A program made the position numbers and the translations under genes. A stretch of 64,000 nucleotides of DNA from a bacterium (GTDB taxonomy: Bacteria; Patescibacteriota; Minisyncoccia; Phycocordibacterales; UBA5272): positions 11 through 64,010 of the forward strand of contig JAIXVU010000001.1 of NCBI GenBank assembly GCA_027482685.1, read 5' to 3'. Positions within the stretch are counted from its first letter, which is position 1; each line of letters begins with the position of its first letter. Under the pieces are notes generated by a model, which searched no databases, was not told where the DNA came from, and saw nothing but the letters and a program-made list of their open reading frames with translations. Below, piece by piece: positions 45,268 to 55,817 of this stretch.

Positions 45268-45609
45268 ATGTATAGAGTTTTTTGTTCATTCCCAAACAAA
45301 GCGGTTATTCTACAAGGAGATACATCAATGGGAGAGGGTACATATGGACTTTACGTTGTATACCTAGCACTTTTTGTGGGTTGCTGTGCATCTGCATATT
45401 TTGGTTATAACTTTCGCTTGATTGGAGAGAGTGACTGGTATGCATGGCATGTTGTTGTGACTTTTGGCACTCAAATACTCTGGCTGTATCTTTTCTATGG
45501 TGAAGAGAAGATGCTAGAAATTCTTAGTAAATTTAGTATCACTTTCGTTATCGCTGCTATTTTAGGGGTTGCGGTACATCGCTTCACTCGCATTCGACAC
45601 AAAGGGTGA
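45268..45609 (+). CDS. Small membrane protein, paralog A
   Basis: Three hydrophobic helices. Motif SDWYAWHVVV is shared with the next ORF. Confidence 0.4.
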   Translation: MYRVFCSFPNKAVILQGDTSMGEGTYGLYVVYLALFVGCCASAYFGYNFRLIGESDWYAWHVVVTFGTQILWLYLFYGEEKMLEILSKFSITFVIAAILGVAVHRFTRIRHKG

Positions 45610-45616
45610 TATCATC

Positions 45617-45883
45617 ATGCATGATGTGATTACTGTATTGCTTGTTGTTGGCACAGCGGGTATGTTTGTAACGGGTTGGTATTGCCATGCATGGCATACC
45701 AAGAAGTGCCTAGTTCCTTACTATGCCACAGAATATCTACCCATAATTCTGCTTGGTGCATCTTTTGCAGCATTCGTTCTCGATAAGAGACTATTGCTAG
45801 TTCTGTGGCTTGTATTTCTTGGCGGATATGCATTTGCGTGGTGCTGTGCATATGTCGATAAAGAGATGCAATCGTGGAAGTAG
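45617..45883 (+). CDS. Small membrane protein, paralog B
   Basis: MHDVITVLLVVGTAGMFVTGWYCHAWHTKK. The shared W-Y-x-x-A-W-H motif points to a tandem duplication. Confidence 0.4.
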   Translation: MHDVITVLLVVGTAGMFVTGWYCHAWHTKKCLVPYYATEYLPIILLGASFAAFVLDKRLLLVLWLVFLGGYAFAWCCAYVDKEMQSWK

Positions 45884-45887
45884 TGGA

Positions 45888-45915
45888 AACCCCCGCGCCT
45901 TTAGGCGCGGGGGTT
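45888..45915 (+). terminator. Terminator aacccccgcgcc-ttta-ggcgcgggggtt plus T-run
   Basis: 12-bp GC stem followed by tttattttttt. Confidence 0.75.
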
Positions 45916-45937
45916 AGTGTTTATTTTTTTACAATTC

Positions 45938-45966
45938 TTGACTTTTTTATTGAAATATTTTATATA
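45938..45966 (+). promoter_or_regulatory. Sigma-70-like promoter TTGACT-17-TATATA upstream of grpE
   Basis: TTGACT (45938-43), a 17-nt spacer and TATATA (45961-66), about 100 nt upstream of grpE. No CIRCE inverted repeat is seen. Confidence 0.55.
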
Positions 45967-46064
45967 TAGAAATGCTATACTAGAGAAGTTCAGAGACTAC
46001 AGATAATGACAGATGTGCGGGTATAGCATTATGAAGATATTGAACTTTTATTTGTAACCATATT

Positions 46065-46694
46065 ATGAAAAACAACGACAACGAAATTAATAATGACGTC
46101 TTGATAGACGATATGGAAAGTGAAAGTATTGAGAAAACTAAAGACGAGACAGATGATGTTTCTTTTGAAGAAGTAAACGAAGAAGGAGAAGCAGGTGCAC
46201 GAACAACCATCAAGAAACTTCGTGAGAAGATCAAAAAATTAGAAGGAGAAAAGCAGGAATACCTTGATCTTAGTCAGCGTACACTTGCGGATTATGCTAA
46301 TCTTAAGAAACAAGTAGCAGATGAACGTGCGCTTATGAGTAAGTTTGCAACTAAGCGTTTTATTGAAGACCTTCTTCCTATACTTGATGCATATGATATG
46401 GCGCAAGGGAACAAGGAAGCATGGGAAAGTGTCGATAAGAACTGGAGGATGGGAATCGAGTATATCTTTTCACAACTTCGTGCAGTATTAGAAAAAGAAG
46501 GCGTTGTACAACATGGAAAAGTTGGTGAAGCCTTTGACCCTAACCATCATGAAAGTCTAGAAATAGTGGATGTGGATAATGAGCACGAGCACGACAGAAT
46601 CGTTCGCGTGCTACAGAATGGGTATCGCATGCATGACAAGAATCTTCGCCCAGCACGAGTACACGTTGGTAAGTATTCTAAGAAAGAGAACTAA
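46065..46694 (+). CDS. grpE: Nucleotide exchange factor GrpE
   Basis: Coiled-coil N-terminus, LLPILDAYDMA and a C-terminal beta domain. Confidence 0.9.
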   Translation: MKNNDNEINNDVLIDDMESESIEKTKDETDDVSFEEVNEEGEAGARTTIKKLREKIKKLEGEKQEYLDLSQRTLADYANLKKQVADERALMSKFATKRFIEDLLPILDAYDMAQGNKEAWESVDKNWRMGIEYIFSQLRAVLEKEGVVQHGKVGEAFDPNHHESLEIVDVDNEHEHDRIVRVLQNGYRMHDKNLRPARVHVGKYSKKEN

Positions 46695-46758
46695 TATATA
46701 CTACTAACTAAGAGCGAATTATATTTTATAAAAATTATCTAACTACCTTATAACAACT

Positions 46759-48660
46759 ATGGCAAAAATAATTGGAATTGATCTAGGAACAACAAACAGC
46801 GCGGTCGCAATTATCGAAGGAGGACAGCCAAAGATAATAGAAAATATTGAAGGTAATCGTACCACTCCTTCTGTTGTATCTGTAAACAAAAATGGTGAAA
46901 GATCTGTTGGGCAGATTGCAAAGCGTCAAGCGGTAACCAACCCAGAGAATACTGTATACGGAGTTAAGCGATTCATGGGACATTCATTTACTGATAAGGA
47001 AGTACAAGATGATATACCTCGTGTTGCATACAAGCTAAAGAAAAGTGATAACGGAGGTGTGCTTATCACTCTTGGCGGTAAAGATAGTCGTCCAGAAGAA
47101 ATAAGTGCGATGATACTACAGAAAATTAAGGCAGATGTTGAAGCGAAGCTTGGGGAAACAGTAACTGAAGCTATCATCACAGTACCTGCATACTTTAATG
47201 ATGTACAACGTCAGGCGACGATTGATGCTGGTAAGATTGCGGGACTTGATGTGAAGCGTATTATTCCAGAACCAACAGCAGCAGCACTTGCGTACGGTTT
47301 TAACAGTACGAAGAATGAAAAGATTGCAGTGTATGATTTTGGAGGGGGAACATTTGATATCTCAATTCTTGAAGTAGGTGATGGTGTGGTTGAAGTAAAG
47401 TCTGTAGACGGAGACTCACACCTAGGAGGACGTGATATCGATCAGAAGTTCGTACAGTATATTGCAGAAGAGTTTAAGAAAGATCAAGGTATTGATGTTA
47501 GCAAGGATCCGCTTGCACTACAGCGACTCGATGAAGCTGCGGAAAAAGCAAAGCATGAGCTCTCCACTCAGATTGAGACAGAGATTAACTTACCATTTAT
47601 CACTTCAGGGGCTGATGGACCTAAGCACTTAGTGATGAAAGTAACACGTGCAAAGCTTGAAGAAATTTCAAAAGAGTTCATCGATAGATCTATTGAGATA
47701 ACCAAGCGTGCTCTTGTTAATTCACCATTTAAGAAAGAGGAAATACAAGAGATAATTATGGTTGGAGGACAGACGAGAATGCCAGCTATTGTTGAAGCGG
47801 TAAAAGAGCTTTTCGGTAAAGAGCCTAACCGCTCTATTAACCCAGATGAAGTGGTGGCGCTCGGCGCTGCAGTACAAGCTGGAGTACTACAAGGGGATGT
47901 GAAGGATGTATTACTTCTTGATGTTATTCCGCTATCTCTTGGTATTGAGACCATGGGAGGAGTAGCTACAAAGTTAGTAGAGAAAAACACCACCATTCCA
48001 ACATCTAAGTCTCAAGTATTCTCAACCGCAGCTGATAACCAGACATCAGTTGAGATACATATCACTCAAGGTGAGCGTCCAATGGCGACTGACAATAAGT
48101 CACTGGGCAGATTTATCCTAGATGGTATCCCACCAGCACCACGAGGTATGCCTCAGGTTGAAGTTACATTTGATGTCGATGCTAACGGTATCCTTAATGT
48201 AAAAGCAAAAGATAAAACCTCAGGGAAGGAACAGTCTATTCGCATAGAAGCATCTTCTGGATTATCTGATGAGGATATCAAGCGTATGCAAGCAGATGCA
48301 GAAGCTCACGCAGAAGAAGATAAGAAGAAGCAAGAACTTGCAGAAGTTAAAAACATTGCTGACACTATGGTACATACTGCAGAAAAAGCTCTGAAGGATG
48401 CAGAAGGAAAAATTAGTGATGATATCAAGAAAGAAGTTACAGATGCAATTGTTGAGGTTAAAAAAGCACGTGACGGCTCTGATAAGGATGCAATTACAAA
48501 AGTAAGCGATGCGTTATCTGCCGCAATGATGAAGATAGGTGAGGCCATGAAGAGTGCAAATGATGCAACTGCAAAACCAGAAGAACAACAAGCAGGAACT
48601 GATACAAAAACATCACCTGACACGACTCCAGAGGAACCGAAAACAACCCCACAAGCATAA
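46759..48660 (+). CDS. dnaK: Chaperone DnaK (Hsp70)
   Basis: [25 protein letters not shown] and [13 protein letters not shown]. Confidence 0.97.
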   Translation: MAKIIGIDLGTTNSAVAIIEGGQPKIIENIEGNRTTPSVVSVNKNGERSVGQIAKRQAVTNPENTVYGVKRFMGHSFTDKEVQDDIPRVAYKLKKSDNGGVLITLGGKDSRPEEISAMILQKIKADVEAKLGETVTEAIITVPAYFNDVQRQATIDAGKIAGLDVKRIIPEPTAAALAYGFNSTKNEKIAVYDFGGGTFDISILEVGDGVVEVKSVDGDSHLGGRDIDQKFVQYIAEEFKKDQGIDVSKDPLALQRLDEAAEKAKHELSTQIETEINLPFITSGADGPKHLVMKVTRAKLEEISKEFIDRSIEITKRALVNSPFKKEEIQEIIMVGGQTRMPAIVEAVKELFGKEPNRSINPDEVVALGAAVQAGVLQGDVKDVLLLDVIPLSLGIETMGGVATKLVEKNTTIPTSKSQVFSTAADNQTSVEIHITQGERPMATDNKSLGRFILDGIPPAPRGMPQVEVTFDVDANGILNVKAKDKTSGKEQSIRIEASSGLSDEDIKRMQADAEAHAEEDKKKQELAEVKNIADTMVHTAEKALKDAEGKISDDIKKEVTDAIVEVKKARDGSDKDAITKVSDALSAAMMKIGEAMKSANDATAKPEEQQAGTDTKTSPDTTPEEPKTTPQA

Positions 48661-48689
48661 GGATTAGCTTTGTGTTAGAATAACTTCAT

Positions 48690-49775
48690 ATGGCAACAAA
48701 AGATTACTATAACGTTTTAGGAATTGATAAAGGTGCTTCAAAAGACGATATCAAAAAAGCGTTCTATAAACTTGCTGCAAAATACCATCCTGATAAAAAA
48801 GGAGGGGATGAGGCAAAGTTCAAAGAAATAAACGAAGCCTATCAAGTTCTCTCAGATGAGAAAAAGCGAAAAGAATACGACACCTACGGTCAGACGTTTA
48901 ATGGAGCAGGGCCTACAGGAGGATCTGGCTTCGGCGGATTCGGAGGATTCAATCAATCAGACTTTGCTGATATGCAGTTTGATTTCGGGGATCTTGGAGA
49001 TATGTTTGGAGATATGTTTGGATTTGGAGGTGGGCAGTCACGCCAGAAACGTGGACGCGATATCTCGCTTGAGATTGATGTACCATTTACCGAAGCAGTT
49101 TTTGGAACGGAACGTAACGTACTGCTTTCAAAAGTAAACACCTGTAAGACATGTACCGGTACAGGGGCAAAGACAGGTAGTAAGATGATTACCTGTACAA
49201 CATGTAATGGTCAAGGCAAGGTGCATGATGTGAAGAAAACGTTCATGGGTAACTTCCAGACTGTGCGTACCTGTGATGTTTGTCACGGTAAAGGCAAAGT
49301 CCCAGAAGAGCGTTGTAATGACTGTCGTGGAGCAGGGGTGGTGAATAGTCGCGAGGAGGTTAACATTACAATTCCAGCCGGAATTAATAATGGTGAAATG
49401 ATGCGTATGTCACAAATGGGTGAGGCGGTGTCAGGTGGTACAACAGGAGACCTTTATGTGAAAGTAAATGTTCAACCGCATAAACTTTGGAAACGTGAAG
49501 GTAATGACCTTGTATATACACATAACATTAAGCTTACTGATGCTCTTATCGGAGTAACTCATTCTATAGATGGACTAGATGGTAAGATAGATCTAGATAT
49601 TCCAGGTGGAGCATCCTCTGGTGAGATACTTCGTGTACGTGGTCGTGGTGTGCCGCATATTCATGAGAAGAATAAACGCGGTGATGTGCTTATCAAGCTC
49701 TCGATTGTTATGCCTAAGAAACTATCACGAAAAGCAATGCAGTATATAGAAGGGTTGAAGGAAGAGGGTCTCTAA
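48690..49775 (+). CDS. dnaJ: Chaperone DnaJ
   Basis: J-domain with HPD, a G/F-rich region and four CxxCxGxG zinc-finger repeats. Confidence 0.95.
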   Translation: MATKDYYNVLGIDKGASKDDIKKAFYKLAAKYHPDKKGGDEAKFKEINEAYQVLSDEKKRKEYDTYGQTFNGAGPTGGSGFGGFGGFNQSDFADMQFDFGDLGDMFGDMFGFGGGQSRQKRGRDISLEIDVPFTEAVFGTERNVLLSKVNTCKTCTGTGAKTGSKMITCTTCNGQGKVHDVKKTFMGNFQTVRTCDVCHGKGKVPEERCNDCRGAGVVNSREEVNITIPAGINNGEMMRMSQMGEAVSGGTTGDLYVKVNVQPHKLWKREGNDLVYTHNIKLTDALIGVTHSIDGLDGKIDLDIPGGASSGEILRVRGRGVPHIHEKNKRGDVLIKLSIVMPKKLSRKAMQYIEGLKEEGL

Positions 49776-49803
49776 TAATGCTCAGTAATTACGTAACCAA
49801 CAA

Positions 49804-49829
49804 AGGATACCAGTAAAGGTATCCTTTTT
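49804..49829 (+). terminator. Terminator aaaggatacc-agta-aaggtatccttttt
   Basis: Hairpin plus T-run 30 nt after the dnaJ stop. Confidence 0.65.
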
Positions 49830-49963
49830 GGCTTGTGGGACTCTATTTAAATGACTCTTGTTTGTAAGTAACTAGCCATACTTTACTTTTGTTCTGTCGT
49901 CTTATAGTATTAATTATAATATCGTTCTTTCGTTTCGGTATGTTGTTAATAAGGAGCACAAAG

Positions 49964-50626
49964 ATGGACGCATATTCTTCATCAGAACCTGCTATTCAAA
50001 AAATAATCACGCGACTACAGGCATTTGCAGAGTATAGAAATGAGGTATGTGGTAAGAGTCAGCGTCAGCTAACAGATCAACTCCTTCATTCTGTAATTGC
50101 AGTACAGAAGCGTAGCCCGATTTTCTTCGTATTTGAGCAACGACAAGATGGATGGTTCATCATTGTTGATATGGACAAGGAATTGCCTGTCACTAGTCGT
50201 TGTGTGCAGGGTCGCACATTGTATGAGTTTAGTGTTACGTTCCCTGCTCTTAAGTATCAGAATAAAAAGAGAACGTTCGAAGAACATTTACAAGAGCTAG
50301 AGGAGTTTGAAGACTCATGGCTCTCTCTGTATGAAGGGTGTTGCAGGAAGATTCGTAAGTACGAACGTTGCCTAAACAATCTTCGAGATATAAGTAGTGT
50401 CGATGTATCGGTGTTGCGACAGTTATCTTCTGATCTACGGTTAGAGATGTCTCGCAAAACCACCGAGATGCGTATCGCAAGACTGCATTTCCCGAAGAAA
50501 AAACTTCGAGCTGACATCGACCAATGTCGATTGCGCCTTCAGGTTGTCATGAGGGAGCTTGAAAAAAGGGGGCATGGCATCAGGTTACTCTCAGCCCCTC
50601 AAAAGCCGAAACAACACAAACCTTAA
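49964..50626 (+). CDS. Hypothetical protein (about 220 aa), Cys/Arg-rich, GC-elevated with SD
   Basis: AAGGAG lies 7 nt before the ATG (MDAYSSSEP). No known domain. Own terminator. Confidence 0.45.
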   Translation: MDAYSSSEPAIQKIITRLQAFAEYRNEVCGKSQRQLTDQLLHSVIAVQKRSPIFFVFEQRQDGWFIIVDMDKELPVTSRCVQGRTLYEFSVTFPALKYQNKKRTFEEHLQELEEFEDSWLSLYEGCCRKIRKYERCLNNLRDISSVDVSVLRQLSSDLRLEMSRKTTEMRIARLHFPKKKLRADIDQCRLRLQVVMRELEKRGHGIRLLSAPQKPKQHKP

Positions 50627-50638
50627 AAGTATTACTTG

Positions 50639-50672
50639 ACCCCCCGCTACAGTTGTAGCTGAGGGGTTTTCA
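50639..50672 (+). terminator. Terminator ccccccgctacag-ttg-tagctgaggggtt
   Basis: Compound GC hairpin followed by ttttcac. Confidence 0.55.
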
Positions 50673-50733
50673 CTTTTAAGTATATTTTCTGTATACTTTA
50701 CATATTTACTAACGGTATATTATTTTCAATATC

Positions 50734-52143
50734 ATGATCGTAGCCATGGCTGTTGTTCTCTATGTTCTTGTGATGATACCAATAGGTCTCTATGCTAGTC
50801 GCAAGGTCAAAAATAGTGAGGATTATGTACTTGCGGGTAGGTCGCTTCCGATGTATATGGCTCTTGCGACTGTGTTTGCAACATGGTTTGGGAGTGAGTC
50901 TATCTTAGGAGCAAGTACTAAATTTGCAGAAGGAGGTTTCAGTAATGTACTTGAGGATCCGTTTGGGGCAGCATTATGTCTCATCATTGCTGGATTATTT
51001 TTTAATCGTAAGTTGTATAATTTCAGTTTTCTTACAATAGGAGATTACTTTAAGCATCGTTATAACACAATCATTGCTACGTTTCTTTCTCTTGCAATCA
51101 TCGTGAGTTATTTTGGTTGGGTGGGGGCACAATTTTTAGCACTTGGTCTCGTACTTTCTACTGTTATCCCAGGGCTATCACTTACATGGGCGATACTATT
51201 CTCTGCTGCACTTGTTCTTGTGTATACATTTTTCGGAGGAATGTACTCAGTGGCTATATTAGATACAATACAAACAGTTGTTATTATTACCGGATTGTCA
51301 GCAATTCTAGCATATGCACTAAACAAAGTCGGTGGTATAGATATTGTGCTTGCAAGTACACCGCCAGACTTTTTTAGAGTATTTCCTGAAAACAAAGACA
51401 GTCTCACATCATGGATTATTTTTGCAACAGCTATTATGACATTTGCTTTTGGTAGTATTCCACAGCAAGATGTCTACCAGCGCGCAATGAGTGCAAAGAA
51501 TGTATCTGTATCTGTGTGGGCGTCTGTATGGGCAGGGGTATTTTATTTTATTATTGTGATGATACCGATTGCAATAGCGCTTGTAGCACGCATGCTATAT
51601 CCTGATGTCTTAGCTAATGAGCCACAACAGCTCATACTCACTCTCGTTGAAGATCATATGCCTGTTGCACTACAGATACTATTTTTTGGTGCACTTGTCT
51701 CAGCTATCATCTCTACTGCTTCTGGTGCATTACTTGCTCCTGGAACATTACTTGCAGAGAACATTGTAAAGCCTTTCTTTACCGGAATGTCAGATAAGTT
51801 GAGGCTCCATCTTATACGTATGGCTATTATTATTGTTACTCTTGGGGGAGTGTTTATGGCGCTTTCACCTGACGCGCGTATCTACGAACTTGTAACAAGT
51901 GCGTACTCGGTAACACTTGTTGCTGCGTTCATCCCTCTAGCTGTTGGGCTTTATAGTACGCGTGCAAATAGCTTCGGTGCACTACTTGCTATTATTTTTG
52001 GTATTACAGTATGGCAGGGGATAGATTCAGTGATTGTTTCTGAGATACCGGCTGTATTTTCTGGGTTTGTTGCAAGTATTGTTGGTATGATTGTGGGGTC
52101 ATTTATTGGTAACTTTGTGAAGAAGGAAGAAAAGATGATGTAG
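50734..52143 (+). CDS. Sodium:solute symporter (SSS family, proline/pantothenate-permease-like)
   Basis: 13-14 TM helices. N-terminal SSS signature YVLAGRSLPMYMALATVFATWFGSESILG. Confidence 0.8.
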   Translation: MIVAMAVVLYVLVMIPIGLYASRKVKNSEDYVLAGRSLPMYMALATVFATWFGSESILGASTKFAEGGFSNVLEDPFGAALCLIIAGLFFNRKLYNFSFLTIGDYFKHRYNTIIATFLSLAIIVSYFGWVGAQFLALGLVLSTVIPGLSLTWAILFSAALVLVYTFFGGMYSVAILDTIQTVVIITGLSAILAYALNKVGGIDIVLASTPPDFFRVFPENKDSLTSWIIFATAIMTFAFGSIPQQDVYQRAMSAKNVSVSVWASVWAGVFYFIIVMIPIAIALVARMLYPDVLANEPQQLILTLVEDHMPVALQILFFGALVSAIISTASGALLAPGTLLAENIVKPFFTGMSDKLRLHLIRMAIIIVTLGGVFMALSPDARIYELVTSAYSVTLVAAFIPLAVGLYSTRANSFGALLAIIFGITVWQGIDSVIVSEIPAVFSGFVASIVGMIVGSFIGNFVKKEEKMM

Positions 52144-52228
52144 ATTTGTAAGCTAGACACTAACTATAAAAAGTGTTAGTGTGAAAGTGAATTTGTTCGT
52201 TCATCAATCTTCATTACGGAGCATCAAA

Positions 52229-52684
52229 ATGTTTCAGAATGTTACAAAAAACAAGCTAGAGCTTGGAAGTCTAGTTCTTGCCTTGCTGGGTGTAGTCATA
52301 TACGGTGGATGTATCAGTTTTGAATTTCAGGTTGGGTTTTTTGCTCCAGAAGGAAAGCCAAAAGAAGGTGCCAGCTATCTCTTTGTTTTTTTGTGTTCAG
52401 TTAGTTATTTTGTGCTATTCCTATTATGTCAGATGCAAGCAGGCATAGTTCTCCACTCACTGTTTGATGACAATGCCGAAACATTTAAGGGAAAAGTACT
52501 GGGAGTGGCCATTGTTTCCTTAGTAGCTATGTATATGCTATTTCAACTAAATCCACTACTAATCATTTCATACATGCTTTTGTTTATGGGTTCGTTTGGG
52601 GTTATGCTTAGTGAATTTCATAAAAACAAAAAACTTCGTCTATGCGATGATCCTCCTGAAGAAGAAAAGACAGAATCTACCTAG
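52229..52684 (+). CDS. Hypothetical membrane protein (about 150 aa, 4 TM)
   Basis: ATG chosen at MFQNV; the ORF track starts at an upstream GTG. Ends in an acidic tail DDPPEEEKTEST. Confidence 0.45.
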   Translation: MFQNVTKNKLELGSLVLALLGVVIYGGCISFEFQVGFFAPEGKPKEGASYLFVFLCSVSYFVLFLLCQMQAGIVLHSLFDDNAETFKGKVLGVAIVSLVAMYMLFQLNPLLIISYMLLFMGSFGVMLSEFHKNKKLRLCDDPPEEEKTEST

Positions 52685-52702
52685 CCTCACAGTTTCGTAC
52701 CA

Positions 52703-52728
52703 AAGCCCCTCAGCGATGAGGGGCTTTT
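52703..52728 (+). terminator. Terminator aaagcccctc-agcgatg-aggggctttt
   Basis: GC stem plus T-run. Confidence 0.75.
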
Positions 52729-52772
52729 GTTTTGTCTATGATTAGTTTACATAATTTGATAGAATAGAATAC

Positions 52773-53750
52773 ATGAAAAAAGTTCTTGTCTCAGGAGTTC
52801 AATCAAGTGGCAGGTTGCATATCGGTAACTATTTCGGAGCGATTAAGCAAAATGTAGAACTTGGCAATAGTGGAGAGTATGATAGTTATATCTTCATTGC
52901 GGACTACCATTCAATGACAACACTTACAGATGCCAAGGAACGTATAGAGAATACATTTGATGCAGCATGTACCTACCTTGCGTGCGGACTTGACCCATCT
53001 AAAGTTGCACTTTTCAAGCAGTCAGATGTACCATCTCATACCGAACTTACATGGATACTCTCAACCGTAACCCCGATGCCGATGCTGATGCTTGCACATG
53101 CGTTTAAGGATAACGAAGCAAAGAACAAAGATATCAATGCAGGACTCTTTACATACCCGGTGCTTATGGCATCAGATATTCTCATGTACAACGCACATGT
53201 TGTGCCAGTTGGTAAGGATCAAGAGCAACATATAGAGATAGCCCGTGAGATAGCAGGGAAGTTCAATCGTGCGTATGAGGAAGTCTTCACTATGCCACAT
53301 GCATACATCGTGAAAGATGTAGCAACTATTCCAGGAATAGACGGTACGAAGATGAGCAAGAGTAAAGGTAACACTATTTCATTATTTGGAACTGACGAAG
53401 AGATTAAGAAACAAGTAATGAGTATTGTGACTGATAGTGCACGCCCTGAGGATAAGAAAAACCCTGATGAGTCTGCGGTGTATCAAATACATAAACTATT
53501 CTTAACAAAAGAACAAGATGCCGTATTACGAAAAAAGTTTGAAGACGGTGGGTATGGATACAAAGAAGCAAAAGAACATTGCGCAGAAGCAATTATTGCA
53601 TTCGTCTCCCCGATGCGTGAGAAGTATAACTACTACCGCTCACATCCAGATGAGGTGTACGCTGTTCTAAACGCAGGTGCTCAACAAGCAGAATCCCGTG
53701 CCAAAGAAATGATGAATCGTGTACGTCACGTAACTGGGTTAGTCAGCTAG
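52773..53750 (+). CDS. trpS: Tryptophanyl-tRNA synthetase
   Basis: Class I HIGH (GRLHIGNYFG) and KMSKS motifs. 325 aa. Confidence 0.92.
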   Translation: MKKVLVSGVQSSGRLHIGNYFGAIKQNVELGNSGEYDSYIFIADYHSMTTLTDAKERIENTFDAACTYLACGLDPSKVALFKQSDVPSHTELTWILSTVTPMPMLMLAHAFKDNEAKNKDINAGLFTYPVLMASDILMYNAHVVPVGKDQEQHIEIAREIAGKFNRAYEEVFTMPHAYIVKDVATIPGIDGTKMSKSKGNTISLFGTDEEIKKQVMSIVTDSARPEDKKNPDESAVYQIHKLFLTKEQDAVLRKKFEDGGYGYKEAKEHCAEAIIAFVSPMREKYNYYRSHPDEVYAVLNAGAQQAESRAKEMMNRVRHVTGLVS

Positions 53751-53807
53751 TGCTATACCTACAAAAGAAAAAGAGAGTGGCTCTAGGCACACTCTCCCTG
53801 AGTGACG

Positions 53808-54284
53808 TTATCGTCTTATTGGATGCAGTAGATACCCAAACACCACGTCTCCCCAGTGGGCAAGATTATGCGGTGGTACGACGGCATTTGGTCGTGTGTC
53901 TATACCGCGCTTACGTAACTGAAAGCACAAATCCCTTTCTGGAGTACCTGTCATTAGAATTACTGGGACAGACATGTTATCGCAGGTAGAGAAAAGAGCA
54001 TCAAGCTCTCCCCAGATTTCTGAGGCATCATTTCTGCTGTCCCATGTCGTATCTCGTATAGAAATTGCAAACACTGGAATTTTTTCAAGCAGTCTATATA
54101 CCCTAGTTACGGCCGACGCTCCATGTACTTGTATTATTTCTTGACGAATCCTCGCGCGATTCTCTATGTGAGTAGATAATTGCCGAAGCCGATCTTCATC
54201 CGGTTCTACAATGATAAGGTTCCATGCTGTTTGAATAGTCGCAGGCATAGCGCCCTCCCGTATCAAAAACTTTGCAGAATTCAT
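53808..54284 (-). CDS. Hypothetical protein (158 aa), GC-rich with SD, possible degenerate receiver-like fold
   Basis: AAGGAAA lies 6 nt before the ATG. The segment LIIVEPDEDRL...IPVFAISIRDTTW...VPVILMTGTPERD loosely resembles a REC domain. Confidence 0.4.
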   Translation of the reverse strand: MNSAKFLIREGAMPATIQTAWNLIIVEPDEDRLRQLSTHIENRARIRQEIIQVHGASAVTRVYRLLEKIPVFAISIRDTTWDSRNDASEIWGELDALFSTCDNMSVPVILMTGTPERDLCFQLRKRGIDTRPNAVVPPHNLAHWGDVVFGYLLHPIRR

Positions 54285-54358
54285 GATGGTTTCCTTGTAT
54301 GCGTAACCAGGTCATGATTCTATCAAAAATAAAAGTATTTTGCTATAATAAACGAACT

Positions 54359-55765
54359 ATGCGTACGTATATCAAAGATGTTTCAGCACATGTTGGAGAA
54401 GAAGTTACAGTAAAGTCGTGGGTGGATGTTCGTCGTGATCAAGGAAAAATGGTATTTCTCGATCTTCGTGATGTGTCTGGCAAAGTACAGGCAGTGGTAT
54501 TACCTAACCACACCGAGGCGCTTGAGGTTGCACAAAGACTCCGTACAGAATGGGTGGTTGAGGTAAGAGGTCTTGTGAATAAACGCCCAGAAAAAAATAT
54601 AAAAGCAGGTGTAGTAAACGGAGATGTAGAACTTGAAGTTCTTTCTATCGTTGTGCTAAATGAAGCAACTACGCCAAGCTTTGATCTCTCAACAGATGGC
54701 AAAGAGATAGGAGAGGAGGTACGACTTGAACACAAATATCTTGATCAGCGTCGTGCTCGTATACAGCATAATATCCGTACACGTCATAACGTTATCAAGT
54801 ATATTCGTAATTATTTAGATAAAGAGAACTTTATAGAAGTAGATACACCTCTCCTTACTAACCCAACACCCGAAGGGTCACGCTCATACCTTGTACCATC
54901 TCGTATTTATCCAGGAAGTTTCTATGCGCTACCACAATCACCTCAACAGTTCAAGCAGTTGCTCATGGTGGGAGGATTTGAGAGATACTTTCAGATTGCA
55001 AAATGTATGCGTGATGAAGATACGCGAGGGGATAGACAACCGGAGTTTACACAGATGGACCTTGAGATGAGTTTTGTTACAGAAGAGGATGTGATGAAGG
55101 TAAACGAAGGCTTACTCATCAAGCTCGTAACTGATCTTTTCCCAGAGAAGAGGATTCAGTCTGTACCATTTCCGCGTATCACGTACAAAGATGCGATGGA
55201 AAAGTACGGTAATGATAGACCAGATATACGAGAAGATAAGAACGACCCTAACCTCCTTGCTTTTTGTTGGGTTGTTGATTTTCCTTCGTTTGAAAAGACA
55301 GGAGCTGATAATGTCGATGATACGGGAGAGTGGACATTCACACATAATCCGTTCACAGGCCCAAAGAAGGAGTATCTTAATGACATGATGGAGAAGAAAA
55401 ATATTGGAGATATAATTTCTTCACAGTATGATATAACTTTGAACGGGTATGAAATTGGTGGTGGGGGTATACGCCTGCATAAGCCAGAAGAACTAAAGAA
55501 AGCATTTGAGATCATGGGGTACAGTGATGATCGTATCGAGCTTAACTTCGGCCACATGTTACGCGCACTCGGTGCCGGTGCACCGCCTCACGGAGGTATA
55601 GCGTGGGGACTTGATCGTCTACTTATGATACTTCTTAACGAACCGAATATTCGCGAAGTAATAGCATTCCCAAAGACTGGGGAAGGTCGTGACCTATTGA
55701 TGCAAGCACCGAGCAAGCCTAATCCAAAGGCACTGAAAGAACTAAAGATACAAGTGAAGGAGTAA
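54359..55765 (+). CDS. aspS: Aspartyl-tRNA synthetase (short form)
   Basis: N-terminal OB fold. Class II motif 2 FERYFQIAKCMRDEDTRGDRQPEFTQMDLEMSF. Motif 3 GGIRLH...GAPPHGGIAWGLDRL. Confidence 0.9.
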   Translation: MRTYIKDVSAHVGEEVTVKSWVDVRRDQGKMVFLDLRDVSGKVQAVVLPNHTEALEVAQRLRTEWVVEVRGLVNKRPEKNIKAGVVNGDVELEVLSIVVLNEATTPSFDLSTDGKEIGEEVRLEHKYLDQRRARIQHNIRTRHNVIKYIRNYLDKENFIEVDTPLLTNPTPEGSRSYLVPSRIYPGSFYALPQSPQQFKQLLMVGGFERYFQIAKCMRDEDTRGDRQPEFTQMDLEMSFVTEEDVMKVNEGLLIKLVTDLFPEKRIQSVPFPRITYKDAMEKYGNDRPDIREDKNDPNLLAFCWVVDFPSFEKTGADNVDDTGEWTFTHNPFTGPKKEYLNDMMEKKNIGDIISSQYDITLNGYEIGGGGIRLHKPEELKKAFEIMGYSDDRIELNFGHMLRALGAGAPPHGGIAWGLDRLLMILLNEPNIREVIAFPKTGEGRDLLMQAPSKPNPKALKELKIQVKE

Positions 55766-55817
55766 ATTAGGAAATTTTCTGCTTTTCTTTTCATCTATAC
55801 TTAGGTATAGTAGGTAT

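Noticed and set aside
45916-46064. CIRCE heat-shock operator upstream of grpE
   Set aside because: Looked for TTAGCACTC-N9-GAGTGCTAA and found no match. Only a sigma-70-like promoter is called.
47568-48623. Minus-strand ORFs 47568..47996 and 48306..48623 inside dnaK
   Set aside because: Antisense to a highly conserved gene. Ser/Ala-rich shadow ORFs.
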